A DNA stretch of 64,000 nt, taken from positions 96,001-160,000 of the forward strand of contig JBNKTL010000002.1 of assembly GCA_050298055.1 (NCBI GenBank), in the 5' to 3' direction. The DNA is from Spirochaetota bacterium (GTDB lineage Bacteria > Spirochaetota > UBA4802 > UBA5550). The position numbers and the translations under genes were made by a program. The notes under the pieces were generated by a model, which ran no database searches, was not told where the DNA came from, and worked only from the letters and a program-made list of their open reading frames with translations. Of this stretch, positions 20,648 to 30,857 are shown piece after piece (position 1 is the stretch's first letter; each line of letters starts with the position of its first letter).

Positions 20648-21093
20648 TTACGCCACATTTTTCCAATATAAATTTCGCATTCTTTGCCGTCCATTATTGA
20701 AATCAGCTCGTTATTAACCGGGGGAAAGATCTTTATTTTTTCTATCTCCTTCCTGGTGAAAAACTCATACCCCAGAAGTCTCTCCTCCTGCCCGATGGAA
20801 TAATCTCCCCTGTTATATGAGCAGTGGAAAAATATATTGATAATATGTCTCTCGCCGGTAGGATCTATTGAATCGCAGATAAATGCCGGCCGGTGAACAT
20901 TAATTGTTATGTTGAGCTCTTCCTTGAACTCCCTGACGAGAGCTTCCTCCAGAGATTCGCCAAAATCCACTCCCCCTCCGGGAAGCAGCCAGTAAATATC
21001 CGGTCCTTTTTTATGGGATATAAGCAGCAGCCTGTTATCATCCACAATAATGCCGGCTACCCTGACCCTGACATTTTTTCCATTCTCATTCAA
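20644..21093 (-). CDS. NUDIX hydrolase
   Basis: Nudix box GGGVDFGESLEEALVREFKEELNI. Confidence 0.93.
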   Translation of the reverse strand: MNENGKNVRVRVAGIIVDDNRLLLISHKKGPDIYWLLPGGGVDFGESLEEALVREFKEELNITINVHRPAFICDSIDPTGERHIINIFFHCSYNRGDYSIGQEERLLGYEFFTRKEIEKIKIFPPVNNELISIMDGKECEIYIGKMWRK

Positions 21094-21851
21094 AAGCTGT
21101 TCGTATCCTTATCAATATTTTCAAGGGCATCCCTCGCCGCTTTCATCTCGGCTTTCCTCTTGCTGCCCCCCCTGCCATTGGAGACCTCCCTGCCGTTTAT
21201 GAGAAGCCTTACGATAAATTCTTTACTATGCGCCGGCCCAATTTCATCGGTAACTTCGTATACGGGGCTTTTCTTATATTTTTTCTGGACATACTCCTGG
21301 AGCCGGGTCTTGGGATCAGTAAGGGTCGCCTGGTTGCTTACATTATCAATCTTCTTCTTGAAATGCTTGAGTATGAACTTTCTGCTCTGTTTGAGTCCCT
21401 GGTCCAGGTATATGGCACCAATGAGGGACTCAAGTGTATTTGCAAGTATGGATATTCTCTCTCTGCCTCCACTGTGCTCTTCACCCTTGCCCATAAGGAT
21501 AAACCCGCCAATATTGAGATTTGAGGAGACGACTGCCAGAGATTCATCGGAAACGATTACCGATTTCATCTTTGCCAGGTTCCCTTCCTGGTACTCAAGA
21601 AATCTCTTGAAAAGATATTCACTTATAATAAATCCGAGCACTGAGTCTCCCAGGTGTTCAAGTCTTTCATTGTCCTTTACATCATTCCCCGTTTCATTGA
21701 TGAATGACCTGTGAGTAAGCGCCGTATTCAATATGCGTTTGTCATTGAACTTGATATTAAGGATGCTTTCAAGTTTTGAAAGCTGCCGGGACCGGCTCTT
21801 TCGCGCCTTCTCTTTCTGTTTTTTCGGGCTGGACTTATCTTCTTTTGACAT
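21090..21851 (-). CDS. rnc: Ribonuclease III
   Basis: ALTHRS, NERLEHLGDSVL, dsRBD DPKTRLQE...GPAH; basic N-terminal extension. Confidence 0.97.
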   Translation of the reverse strand: MSKEDKSSPKKQKEKARKSRSRQLSKLESILNIKFNDKRILNTALTHRSFINETGNDVKDNERLEHLGDSVLGFIISEYLFKRFLEYQEGNLAKMKSVIVSDESLAVVSSNLNIGGFILMGKGEEHSGGRERISILANTLESLIGAIYLDQGLKQSRKFILKHFKKKIDNVSNQATLTDPKTRLQEYVQKKYKKSPVYEVTDEIGPAHSKEFIVRLLINGREVSNGRGGSKRKAEMKAARDALENIDKDTNSF

Positions 21852-21983
21852 TACCAGGATTTCCCAGTGTTCTTTTAATCTGTAATTTATGTATCATATA
21901 CTGCCTTCAATTATTATCGACTGTTATAAACTGTCAAGTTATAAGAAAACCTCTGTCAATTATTTTTATTAAGTTCCCCGGCG

Positions 21984-22017
21984 TGGCTAAGAATAATCAG
22001 TAGAGCTGAGTAGCCAT
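21984..22017. repeat. Remnant of the repeat family (copy H)
   Basis: Contains AGCTGAGTAG (terminal core) and TGGCTA...TAGCCA. Confidence 0.4.
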
Positions 22018-22029
22018 ATTCAATAAACT

Positions 22030-22055
22030 AAAAAAGGATGCTGTCACCAGCATCC
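22030..22055 (-). terminator. Rho-independent terminator after rpmF
   Basis: 8-bp stem GGATGCTG/CAGCATCC, 4-nt loop, 6-nt T tail on the minus strand. Confidence 0.75.
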
Positions 22056-22080
22056 CTCTTACATGAAATTGATTTAAGAA

Positions 22081-22272
22081 TCAGTCTTTTATCTTCATCT
22101 TTTTCTCTACGACCAGCTGCCCCTTGTAGTAGCCGCACTCCGGGCATACCCTGTGGGGCATGACGTATGCATTACACTTGGGACATGGCCTTAAAGAAGG
22201 CACTCCAATAGCATCATGAGACCTTCTCATTCTTGATTTTGATTTTGATTTTCTTCTCTTTGGTACTGCCAC
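22081..22272 (-). CDS. rpmF: 50S ribosomal protein L32 (Zn-binding form)
   Basis: [12 protein letters not shown]...CPKC...[11 protein letters not shown]. Confidence 0.98.
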   Translation of the reverse strand: MAVPKRRKSKSKSRMRRSHDAIGVPSLRPCPKCNAYVMPHRVCPECGYYKGQLVVEKKMKIKD

Positions 22273-22387
22273 GTCTATCTCCCGTTCGTTTAATAATAAT
22301 TAGTGATGTTCAAAATCATATCCGGATATGTCAACAAAATTTTTCAGGATATTCTAATAATGTTCACCAGTGTAAAATTAATAGGTT

Positions 22388-23074
22388 TTAAAGCCCTACA
22401 AGGAAAAGCCGCTTTCTTGCCTTTTCAGCAAAGGCTGATCGAGGGAAGAGTGAAATAACACGATTAAAATAGATGACCGCATCTTCTTTTCTCTTTTGCA
22501 TTGAATAGAGCCTTCCCATATTATAAAATGCCTGGTCGGCAATGACGCTGTCACTGTAATCAGCCTCTATCTTTTTGTAAATGCTCAATGCCCCTTTTAA
22601 ATCACCACCCTCTTCCAGGGCAACCGCCGCCTTGTTAAGGGCAACAGAAGCAAGCAGTTCAGATCCGGTCGTATCGGAAAATTTGACCAGGAATTTGTGC
22701 GCTTCCTTATAATTCTTTTCTGAATAGTAGAGGTTCCCGATGTGATAATTGACAATATCATCAACAAACCCAAACTTTACAGAACCTGAAAGTGTCTTGA
22801 GGTCCTCAAGGGTTTTCTTTGTAATTTCCGGGTCCTTCTCTCTGTTCTTTTCATAGTTGTCCATGATCTTTTCATAGATAGCAAGATGTTTCTCAAGATG
22901 GTTTGAATAGTAGAGCAGCCCGATAATCAATGCTACCACAAGAACTCCCACCGCAATTAGTATATTTACAGTTTTTTTCCTGTTATCCTTAATGAAATCC
23001 CGGGCATTCATAATTGTCCTTTCAACGGGATTTCTTTCTATTTCTATGTCTTTTCTGACTTTTATCTTTGCCAT
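22388..23074 (-). CDS. Single-TM TPR protein (YfgM/CpoB-like)
   Basis: One TM near the N-terminus, TPRs, ends FPRSAFAEKARKRL. Confidence 0.8.
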   Translation of the reverse strand: MAKIKVRKDIEIERNPVERTIMNARDFIKDNRKKTVNILIAVGVLVVALIIGLLYYSNHLEKHLAIYEKIMDNYEKNREKDPEITKKTLEDLKTLSGSVKFGFVDDIVNYHIGNLYYSEKNYKEAHKFLVKFSDTTGSELLASVALNKAAVALEEGGDLKGALSIYKKIEADYSDSVIADQAFYNMGRLYSMQKRKEDAVIYFNRVISLFPRSAFAEKARKRLFLVGL

Positions 23075-23076
23075 AC

Positions 23077-24762
23077 CTATTCTTTATCTTCCAGTTTAAT
23101 ATCTACAAAATCGCCAAGAGTGGCCTTTCGTGATCCTGTGTTATCCAGTATCTTTTTAAGCTCTTCCTTCTCCGATTTTATTTCGAACTGTTTGATGCTC
23201 AATGAAAGCCTTTTCTTCTCAACATCAACACCGAGAACTGTTGCCTGCAGGCTCTCACCTTCCTTAAAATGATCTTCCAGGTTCTCTATCCTCGATGTTG
23301 ATACCTCGGATACGTGAACAAGCCCTTCTACATTCTCCTCAAGCTTGAGGAAGATACCGAACTGGGTTATACCTGAGATAACTCCGTCAACAATAGTCCC
23401 GGGCCTGTACTTTTCACTGATAACTTCCCAGGGTGACTTGGTAAGCTGCTTGATACCGCAGGAGATCCTCATCTCGGATTTGTTGATGTCAAGTATCTTG
23501 ACTTCAACCTCATCGTTAACCTTATAGAGGTCCGCGGCATCTTTCTTTTCATCACTCCAGGAGAGATCAGATACATGCACAAGTCCGTCAATATCATTTT
23601 CAAGCTCAACAAACATACCGAACTTAACGATCTTTTTGACCTTCTTTTTATGCACCGAACCAACCGGGAATTTCTCTTCAATTGTATCCCAGGGATTTTC
23701 AAGAAGCTGCTTCATTCCAAGAAGTATTCTCTTCTCCTCTTTGTTTACTTCGAGAATAGTAAGCTCCGCCATTTCTCCCTTTTTAAAGTAATCAAAAGCA
23801 TTGGGATTGTTCTTTGTCCAGGAAATATCAGAACTCCTTACAAATCCGTCTATGTCTTCATCAACCTCAATAAAGGCACCTGTATTGATAATGGTTATCA
23901 CCTTTCCGGAAATCCTGTCACCCACCTTATATCTTTCATCTATGTTCAGCCAGGGATCTTCCTTAAGCTGCTTGAGGCCAAGGGATATCTTGTGATCGGC
24001 TTCATTGATATCCAGAATTAAAAATTCCCTCTCCTCACCAAGCTTGAGGATTTTCCTCTGCTTAAAAACATTCTTCCATGACATGTCATTCCTGTGAAGA
24101 AGAGCATCGATCCCCTCAATCCTGATAAAAGCACCAAACTCCACAAACTTTACCGGCTCGCCCTTTATCCTGTCACCCGCCTTGTAATTTGCCAGGAAGT
24201 TATCCCAGACCTCCTTATTTCTTGAATCCAGGAAGTCCTTTCTCGAGAGAATGACCGATTTTTTCTTGGGATTTATACTGTTGATAATGAATTCATATTC
24301 TTCTTCTGATGAAGAGATTTTTTTGAGATCAGCGGCCAGTGAATAAGGAAGAAACGCCGTAAGATTTTCACATTCAACTATTTTCCCTTTTTTCGTAGCA
24401 CTGCTTATTTTTCCCTTAATTGCGTGAGCATCTTCTTTATATGTTTCAAGGAAACTCTGCCAGCGTTTCTCGGTATCAGCTGCGATCTTTGAAAACTGGT
24501 AAACTCCGTCCACAAGTCTTCTGCTCTGCAGCATGACATCGATCACATCCCCCACCTGAGGTTTCTCATCGAACTCCTCAAGTGAAATGCCGCCATCAGA
24601 TTTAATTCCAACATTTACATAAGCATATTCTGAATCAATTGTTACAATCTCGCCCCTTACTATCTTACCGGGCTGAATGCTATCCAAAGCAGAGTCTGCA
24701 ACATGTTCCATATTTATTGCATCAACCGCTTCACTGTTTTCTTCTCTATGGTCCATAACCAA
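23077..24762 (-). CDS. rpsA: 30S ribosomal protein S1
   Basis: Repeated S1 domains (FGAFI...DALLH..DMSW; ISLGLKQL..PW). Start TTG 24762 or ATG 24756. Confidence 0.96.
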   Translation of the reverse strand: MVMDHREENSEAVDAINMEHVADSALDSIQPGKIVRGEIVTIDSEYAYVNVGIKSDGGISLEEFDEKPQVGDVIDVMLQSRRLVDGVYQFSKIAADTEKRWQSFLETYKEDAHAIKGKISSATKKGKIVECENLTAFLPYSLAADLKKISSSEEEYEFIINSINPKKKSVILSRKDFLDSRNKEVWDNFLANYKAGDRIKGEPVKFVEFGAFIRIEGIDALLHRNDMSWKNVFKQRKILKLGEEREFLILDINEADHKISLGLKQLKEDPWLNIDERYKVGDRISGKVITIINTGAFIEVDEDIDGFVRSSDISWTKNNPNAFDYFKKGEMAELTILEVNKEEKRILLGMKQLLENPWDTIEEKFPVGSVHKKKVKKIVKFGMFVELENDIDGLVHVSDLSWSDEKKDAADLYKVNDEVEVKILDINKSEMRISCGIKQLTKSPWEVISEKYRPGTIVDGVISGITQFGIFLKLEENVEGLVHVSEVSTSRIENLEDHFKEGESLQATVLGVDVEKKRLSLSIKQFEIKSEKEELKKILDNTGSRKATLGDFVDIKLEDKE

Positions 24763-24788
24763 CCATCCCTAAAATATTAACTTTTTTT

Positions 24789-24830
24789 GTAACTACTCCG
24801 CTATCAGCAAGAATATATCTAAGTAGTTAC
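24789..24830. repeat. Minimal copy of the repeat family (copy G), ends only
   Basis: GTAACTACTCCGCTAT...ATATCTAAGTAGTTAC, 42 bp, just upstream of rpsA. Confidence 0.65.
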
Positions 24831-24957
24831 ATTTTTTTTTATGAACAGCCGCCTTTTTACAGGAGACTTGAAAAATGCGACTTTAAACGTTTTATTGACA
24901 GGCTGCATGAAAAATGTTTTACTTCAATAGCAATCCTTTTGTCATTCTGATCAGTTT

Positions 24958-25635
24958 TTACCTGTTTATAAGATCGGATATCAGGGAATTTAATTTTTCA
25001 ATAACACTTTCCTTGCTCATGTGAGAAGTATCAATATAGATGACATCCTTGGCCTGCTGAAGTTTTCCGAATACTCTTGACATGTCTTCCTTATCTCTCA
25101 GTATAATTTGTTTTTTCACTTCATTTTCGTCAAGATTTTTTCCCATTTCCCTGTATTCTTTAATTCTTCTCATTGCCCGCGCCTCTACATCAGCGTCCAG
25201 GTATATCTTCATTTCGGCATGGGGGAAAACAACGGTGCCAATATCCCTTCCGTCCATTATTATTGATTCATCTTCGGCCCAGTTCCTCAGGGTCCTGTTC
25301 ACAAAGTTTCTTATATCAATATTATCAGAAATAATACCGATATTTTTCGCAATATTTTCATTTCTTATTTTTCCGGAAACATCATCACCATTTACAAATG
25401 TGGAACACCCCCCGTCCCTGAATTCCTGGGTTATCACAATCCCCGGGAGGTCACGGGAAAAGTCCGTCTCTTTTTCCACTTTCCCGTAGAGTGAAAGGAA
25501 ATACCAGGTAAGCGACCTGTAGAGGGCCCCGGAATCGATATACTTAAGCCCAAGCGCCGATGCGACCTCTTTGGAAACACTGCTCTTCCCGGAACCGGCC
25601 GGACCGTCAACTGCTACTGTGATTCTCCTTCTCAT
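24958..25635 (-). CDS. cmk: Cytidylate kinase
   Basis: VDGPAGSGKS, DSGALYR, DGRDIGTVVFP. Confidence 0.98.
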   Translation of the reverse strand: MRRRITVAVDGPAGSGKSSVSKEVASALGLKYIDSGALYRSLTWYFLSLYGKVEKETDFSRDLPGIVITQEFRDGGCSTFVNGDDVSGKIRNENIAKNIGIISDNIDIRNFVNRTLRNWAEDESIIMDGRDIGTVVFPHAEMKIYLDADVEARAMRRIKEYREMGKNLDENEVKKQIILRDKEDMSRVFGKLQQAKDVIYIDTSHMSKESVIEKLNSLISDLINR

Positions 25636-26525
25636 TTCAAACCGTCTCTGAACTCTTTTATCCTGTGGAAAAAATCTTCAATTTCATCCGGTTCAACTCC
25701 TTCCCGTTGAATAAGTTCCCTGAAGTTTTCAAGGGCCTTTATCATCTCTTCTATTGATTCAGAGAGAAACCGGCGGTTCATCACTGAGATGTCCCTCCAC
25801 ATAACCGGTGAACCGGAAGAAATCCTTGTCATATCGTTGAATCCCCTGCCGATAAAATCCGAAATACTGTTTTCACTACTCTTTTTATCGAGAAATTCCC
25901 TGAGGACTTCCACGAGGCTGCAGGAAACAACATGGGGAAGGTGACTTGTCACGGCAACCGTGATGTCATGAGACCGTGGTGTTTCAATACATGTCTCTGC
26001 GCCCAGGAGCCTCCAGAAATCCTCAACCCTCCTTACCTGCCGGGGACTATTCTTCTCTGCAGGTGTAATTATCACCGAGGCGCCTTTATAGAGATCCGGT
26101 GAACTTGAGCCGTACCCGCTCTCTTCGGAACCGGCCATGGGATGGCACCCAATGAATTGCCCGCTCTTCCCGCATCCTGAAACCTTCTCGATAATGGGAG
26201 TCTTCACGCTGCCCACATCAATAACAATGGTCTCCTTCTCAAGATCATCCCTGTGCAATATATCTTCGATGATGTTCACGGATGTTACAACCGGGGTGGC
26301 CACAATAATAAAATCAAGTCCCTTAAGATCAAGCCTCTCAAGGAGTTCAATCCTGTCTACTGCTCCGTCATCGTTTGCCCGGGAAAGCCTGTTTATGTCC
26401 CTGCCGTAACCGGAGATCTCAATTTTCGGATTTACCTGTTTGAGGGATTTGCAGACAGATCCGCCCAGGAGCCCCAAACCGATAACGGCAATTTTCTCTA
26501 TCCTGTTTGTGCTGTTACTGTTCAT
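25632..26525 (-). CDS. tyrA: Prephenate dehydrogenase
   Basis: GLGLLGGS, DVGSVK, HPMAGSE, SHLPH, TRI. Confidence 0.95.
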   Translation of the reverse strand: MNSNSTNRIEKIAVIGLGLLGGSVCKSLKQVNPKIEISGYGRDINRLSRANDDGAVDRIELLERLDLKGLDFIIVATPVVTSVNIIEDILHRDDLEKETIVIDVGSVKTPIIEKVSGCGKSGQFIGCHPMAGSEESGYGSSSPDLYKGASVIITPAEKNSPRQVRRVEDFWRLLGAETCIETPRSHDITVAVTSHLPHVVSCSLVEVLREFLDKKSSENSISDFIGRGFNDMTRISSGSPVMWRDISVMNRRFLSESIEEMIKALENFRELIQREGVEPDEIEDFFHRIKEFRDGLK

Positions 26526-26581
26526 ATGCAGGTTCTCTCTATTGATATCCGATATGCCGCAAAACAGAGAGCCAAAAAGAT

Positions 26582-27643
26582 CTATTGTTCAGTTCCAACC
26601 GGGTATGAACCAAGTATTTTTAAAAATACCGTCTTACTCTTCATATCCTGCAGGGCATCAACAACAATCCTGTCATTTTTATGCCCGGTGAAGTCAATAA
26701 AAAAATTGTACTCCCACATTCTTTTCTTATTTGGTCTCGATTCAATTTTTGTCATGTTGATCCTGTGGCTGCTTAAAGGCTTCAGGAGATCAAGAAGCGC
26801 GCCGGGCTGATCCGTGATTGCGCAGACAATGGATGTCTTGTCATTTCCGGTGGGTGAACTCTCCTCCCTTCCTATGGCAAAAAACCTGGTATAGTTCTGT
26901 CTCAGGTCCTCAATTCTCTCTGCAAGGCTGTTCAGTCCGAATATTTCACCTGCAGCTACAGATGAAATGGCAGCACTCTTCTTCTCGCCGGATGAGATCT
27001 CCGCAGCCCGGGACGTTGAGTCTACGGGGACAATTTCAGCGTTGGGAAGGTTCTTTCTCAGCCACTCCTTGCACTGCCCCAGCGGCTGTGGGTGTGAATA
27101 GACCCTGTGAATATCCTTTAAATGCTTCTCCCGGGAAAAGAGAGAGTAGGATATCTTTATGTTTTTCTCAGCCACAATGCAGAGATCGGTTTCAATCAGT
27201 TCATCCAGAGTAAAAGTCACGCCGCCTTCCGTGCTGTTTTCCACGGGCACAACACCGTAATGGGCATTCCCCGATTCCACTTCCCTGAAAATATCGGTTA
27301 TGGTCTTGACCGGGAGCTTGTCAACAGAATCGCCAAAAATCTCATTCATTGCCATATGGGTAAATGTGCCCTCAGGTCCCAGGAACGCAACCCGCACAGG
27401 CAGTACCAGGGAATATGATCCCGAGAGAATCTCCCTGTATGCGTTCATTAAAATTCTTTTCAGATCCCTTTCTTTTTCCAGTGATTCAATAAAGTCCTGA
27501 AGAGCTTTTTTCTCTTCCAGGAGTGACGGGGTTTCTTCCTGTCCTGATCTTCTTGTGCTGATATAGGCGTCTATGCGTTCTTCAAAGAGCCTGATAATTT
27601 CACTGTCTATTTCCCTGATATCCCTTCCCATGGTTTCACTCAT
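26582..27643 (-). CDS. pheA: Prephenate dehydratase with ACT domain and an eroded N-terminal chorismate-mutase-like domain
   Basis: FLGPEGTFT, PVENSTEG, SHPQPLGQC, NYTRF, INMTKIESRP. Confidence 0.94.
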   Translation of the reverse strand: MSETMGRDIREIDSEIIRLFEERIDAYISTRRSGQEETPSLLEEKKALQDFIESLEKERDLKRILMNAYREILSGSYSLVLPVRVAFLGPEGTFTHMAMNEIFGDSVDKLPVKTITDIFREVESGNAHYGVVPVENSTEGGVTFTLDELIETDLCIVAEKNIKISYSLFSREKHLKDIHRVYSHPQPLGQCKEWLRKNLPNAEIVPVDSTSRAAEISSGEKKSAAISSVAAGEIFGLNSLAERIEDLRQNYTRFFAIGREESSPTGNDKTSIVCAITDQPGALLDLLKPLSSHRINMTKIESRPNKKRMWEYNFFIDFTGHKNDRIVVDALQDMKSKTVFLKILGSYPVGTEQ

Positions 27644-28256
27644 TATCAATGGAGAATTCTTTAATCTCTGATAGTTTGGGAAGGTCTGAAAGCCTGTTGA
27701 GCCCGAAGTATTCGAGGAATTTATCCGTAGTACCGTAGGAGAGGGGCCTGCCCGGAAGGTTTACCCGGCCCATGGGTTTAATCAGGTTTTTTTTCATCAG
27801 GTTAGCAACCATCATACGAGAAGAGACTCCCCGCAGTTCATCAATATCGGCAAGCACAATGGGTTGTTTATACGCAATAATTGAGAGTGTTTCCAGCATT
27901 CCCTTTGAGAGTCTGTCCCTGCTCTTCATGCCCAGGGACTGGCGAAGCTGTTTTGAATACCGTGAATGAGATACAAACTGATAGCCCTTTGCTACTTCTA
28001 TAAGGATAATGCCGCCGTCACGTTCACTGTACTCATCCAGCAGTGAACCGAGAATAATCTTTGCATGTGTGGGATCTACCGAAAAGTTTTTAACAAAAAA
28101 AGATACAGGAAGAGGATCATTGCTTAAGAAGAGAGCTGCTTCAAAGAGTCCTCCCAGGTCAGATTCCTGTAATGAGGGAGACTCATCTTCAGAATCATCC
28201 ATATGCTCCTTTTCAACAACACCCTGGTCCATCTCACTGATACTCCTGTCTTCCAT
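27636..28256 (-). CDS. scpB: SMC complex subunit ScpB
   Basis: EAALF, LETLSIIAYKQP, LRGVSS, GRPLSYGTTDKFLEYFGL. Confidence 0.97.
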   Translation of the reverse strand: MEDRSISEMDQGVVEKEHMDDSEDESPSLQESDLGGLFEAALFLSNDPLPVSFFVKNFSVDPTHAKIILGSLLDEYSERDGGIILIEVAKGYQFVSHSRYSKQLRQSLGMKSRDRLSKGMLETLSIIAYKQPIVLADIDELRGVSSRMMVANLMKKNLIKPMGRVNLPGRPLSYGTTDKFLEYFGLNRLSDLPKLSEIKEFSIDNE

Positions 28257-28260
28257 GCTA

Positions 28261-29025
28261 TTAAGAAAGCTCCTCGGGCTTAAATCTCCTCTTGATTCTT
28301 ATTTCACCGAATACCCTGTGCTGCACTATTTTTATTAACCTGATCCTGGTCATTTCAAGTATTGCAAGAAAGGATGTCAATATCTCGATACGGTTATTAG
28401 CTGATTTGTAAATATCTGTAAAAAGAATCAACTCTTTTTTTGAGAGAATTTCCTTAATATACTCAATCTTATCACTCACCTGGATTTCATCAAATACAAC
28501 TTCATCCTCTTCAATAACAACCTGAGATTCCAGGGCAGTTGCAAATGCTTTGAGAAGGTCAAAGAGCGAAATCTCAAGATAATCCTCTTCATCCTCCAGA
28601 GAATCAATGCTGCATACCCTCTCAAACATCTCCGATCGGAATTCATAGAGTTCTTTTAAATTTTCAGAGCTTTTCTGATACTTTTTATATTCCAGGAGTT
28701 TATTAATCAGTTCGGGAGGAAGAGGAGGAACAAAAAACTCATCATCAAGCTCCTCTGCAGGGAGGAGGGCCTTACTCTTGTAATAGAGAAGCTCAGATGC
28801 CATCCAGATGAACTCAGAAGCAATCTGCACATTGATTTCTTCCATAAGTTTGAGGTACTGGAGGTATTGTTCTGTGATACCGGAGAGGGAAATCTCGGTA
28901 ATATCAATTTTGGATTTTTTTATCAGGTCCCAGAGAAGATCAAGGGGACCGTCAAAGTTCTCTATGTGAATAGTGTGTTTTTTTAATTCACCGGATTCAT
29001 CACTATTAATATGCTGGTTGTCCAT
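28261..29025 (-). CDS. scpA: SMC complex kleisin ScpA
   Basis: FDGPLDLLWDLI, KSKALLP, FLAILEM. Confidence 0.97.
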   Translation of the reverse strand: MDNQHINSDESGELKKHTIHIENFDGPLDLLWDLIKKSKIDITEISLSGITEQYLQYLKLMEEINVQIASEFIWMASELLYYKSKALLPAEELDDEFFVPPLPPELINKLLEYKKYQKSSENLKELYEFRSEMFERVCSIDSLEDEEDYLEISLFDLLKAFATALESQVVIEEDEVVFDEIQVSDKIEYIKEILSKKELILFTDIYKSANNRIEILTSFLAILEMTRIRLIKIVQHRVFGEIRIKRRFKPEELS

Positions 29026-29080
29026 CTCTCATTTTACCGGATAGAATAATATCGCTGGTTTCAGTTTTTTTTAAATACTA

Positions 29081-29120
29081 AAAAATTCCCCTCTTGAGTA
29101 AAAGATACAAAAGAGGGGAA
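29081..29120 (-). terminator. Terminator after cheY
   Basis: 10-bp stem TTCCCCTCTT/AAGAGGGGAA with T tail on the minus strand. Confidence 0.65.
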
Positions 29121-29150
29121 CCTTATGTCGCTCTATAAAATTACGTGTAT

Positions 29151-29510
29151 TCAGGCAAGTGCTTTTTCAGCTGCCTTCTGGAGTCTTTCAGGGGGAAAGG
29201 GTTTTACAACAAAATCCTTTACACCAAGCTTAATCGCTTTGGTCAGCAGGTTCTCCTGTCCAAGAGCTGTCACCATAATTATTCTTGCCTGGGGATTTAT
29301 CTGGAGAATCTCCTCGGCAGCTTCTATCCCGTCTTTTTCCCGCATTGTTATATCCATTGTTACAAGATCCGGATTCAGTTTCTTATAAAGATCTACTGCT
29401 TCATTTCCGTTTTCAGCTTCGCCAATAATTTCATGACCACTGGGTACCAGCGCGTCTTTCACAAGGGTCCTCATGAACTTGGCATCATCAACGATTAATA
29501 TTTTAGCCAT
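29151..29510 (-). CDS. cheY: Chemotaxis response regulator CheY
   Basis: ILIVDD, DLVTMDITM, VTA, FVVKPF; downstream of cheB. Confidence 0.93.
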   Translation of the reverse strand: MAKILIVDDAKFMRTLVKDALVPSGHEIIGEAENGNEAVDLYKKLNPDLVTMDITMREKDGIEAAEEILQINPQARIIMVTALGQENLLTKAIKLGVKDFVVKPFPPERLQKAAEKALA

Positions 29511-29774
29511 TAATAATCTCCAAAATATGTAATTTCATGTATATTCTAATATAATTAACGAATAATATCAAGGTTTAATATAAAAAAAATAAAAAAACCG
29601 GTACTCTGTTGAACTGATCCACAGGTAAAAGCAACAATTCATATCCGGCATTTAATGACAAAATAGTGTAAATTAAAATTAAATCAATTAAAATATTATT
29701 TATTTGATAAAATTCTTTTCACGAGAACCCGGTGATGTCTCACCATAAATCGATTGTTATATATAGTACAGATA

Positions 29775-30857
29775 CTATACATGTTCAACTATTTTTTTTG
29801 TTATTTCATGCAGTGGTACAATCTCTACAACACCGCCCATTTCAACTGCCACCCTGTTCATACCAAAAACAACTGAGGTTTCCTCATCCTGGGCAATTGT
29901 ATATCCACCGCGGTTCCTGATCTCCCTTGTTCCTTCAGCACCGTCTCTTCCCATCCCTGTCATGATGACACCAACGGTTTCAGCCCCGGAATTACCGGCA
30001 AGAGATTCAAAAAGTATATCAATGGAAGGGCGGTGCCCGGACCTTTTGTCCCCCCTGTCCAGCCTGACCCTGTATTTGCCAGGGTTACCTTCAAGTTTTA
30101 TATGGGAATGCCCCGGTGCTATCAGCGCATGTCCCGGCAGGACCTGGTCATTGTCCTCTGCTTCCTTTACAATCAGCTTCGATGAATCATTCAGCCTTTC
30201 AGCAAATGCCCGGGTAAAACCTTCAGGCATATGCTGAACAACAAGAAGCGGAGAGGGGAAGTTATCCGGGAATCCCCTGAAGAGTTTCAGAAGGGCGGCA
30301 GGCCCCCCGGTTGAAGTACCGATCCCAACGACTTTACTGCTTGCATCCCCCGGATTGAATAATCTATCAGATATTTTAACCGGTTCGGCAATTCTCTCCC
30401 TGTTTTTTACAGGTAATATCGGTTCGGTCCTTTTCTGTTCTGTTTTTGGAAATTTAATATTACAGACTGATTTGACTTTTGATATAAGGATATCTCCGAA
30501 CTCATCCAGTGTAAGCGAAAGGACCGATGAAGGTTTTGGGACAAAATCAACTGCCCCAAGATCAAGGGCCCTGAAAGTTGCTTCCGCACCATGCTTCGTA
30601 AGCACACTGAGCATGATAACCGGTTTCGGATTGGTTGTCATGATCTCTTTCAGTGCTGAAAGACCATCGAGTATGGGCATTTCTATGTCCAGGGTGATGA
30701 CATCCGGTTCAAGCTCATTGTTGCGGTATATTGCCGTCTTCCCATTATTCGCCGAACCTATAACGTTAATCCGGGGATCACTTTCAAGAATATCAGTAAT
30801 TATTTTCCTTACAAGGGACGAGTCGTCAACTACGAGGACATTGATTTTATCCGACAT
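29775..30857 (-). CDS. cheB: Chemotaxis methylesterase CheB
   Basis: REC domain plus STGG, QHMP, GMGRDG catalytic motifs. Confidence 0.97.
   Translation of the reverse strand: MSDKINVLVVDDSSLVRKIITDILESDPRINVIGSANNGKTAIYRNNELEPDVITLDIEMPILDGLSALKEIMTTNPKPVIMLSVLTKHGAEATFRALDLGAVDFVPKPSSVLSLTLDEFGDILISKVKSVCNIKFPKTEQKRTEPILPVKNRERIAEPVKISDRLFNPGDASSKVVGIGTSTGGPAALLKLFRGFPDNFPSPLLVVQHMPEGFTRAFAERLNDSSKLIVKEAEDNDQVLPGHALIAPGHSHIKLEGNPGKYRVRLDRGDKRSGHRPSIDILFESLAGNSGAETVGVIMTGMGRDGAEGTREIRNRGGYTIAQDEETSVVFGMNRVAVEMGGVVEIVPLHEITKKIVEHV

Noticed and set aside
21855..21905. Possible acpP 3' remnant upstream of rnc
   Set aside because: The resemblance to a D..NYIKEH ending needs several frameshifts in AT-rich DNA; indistinguishable from chance.
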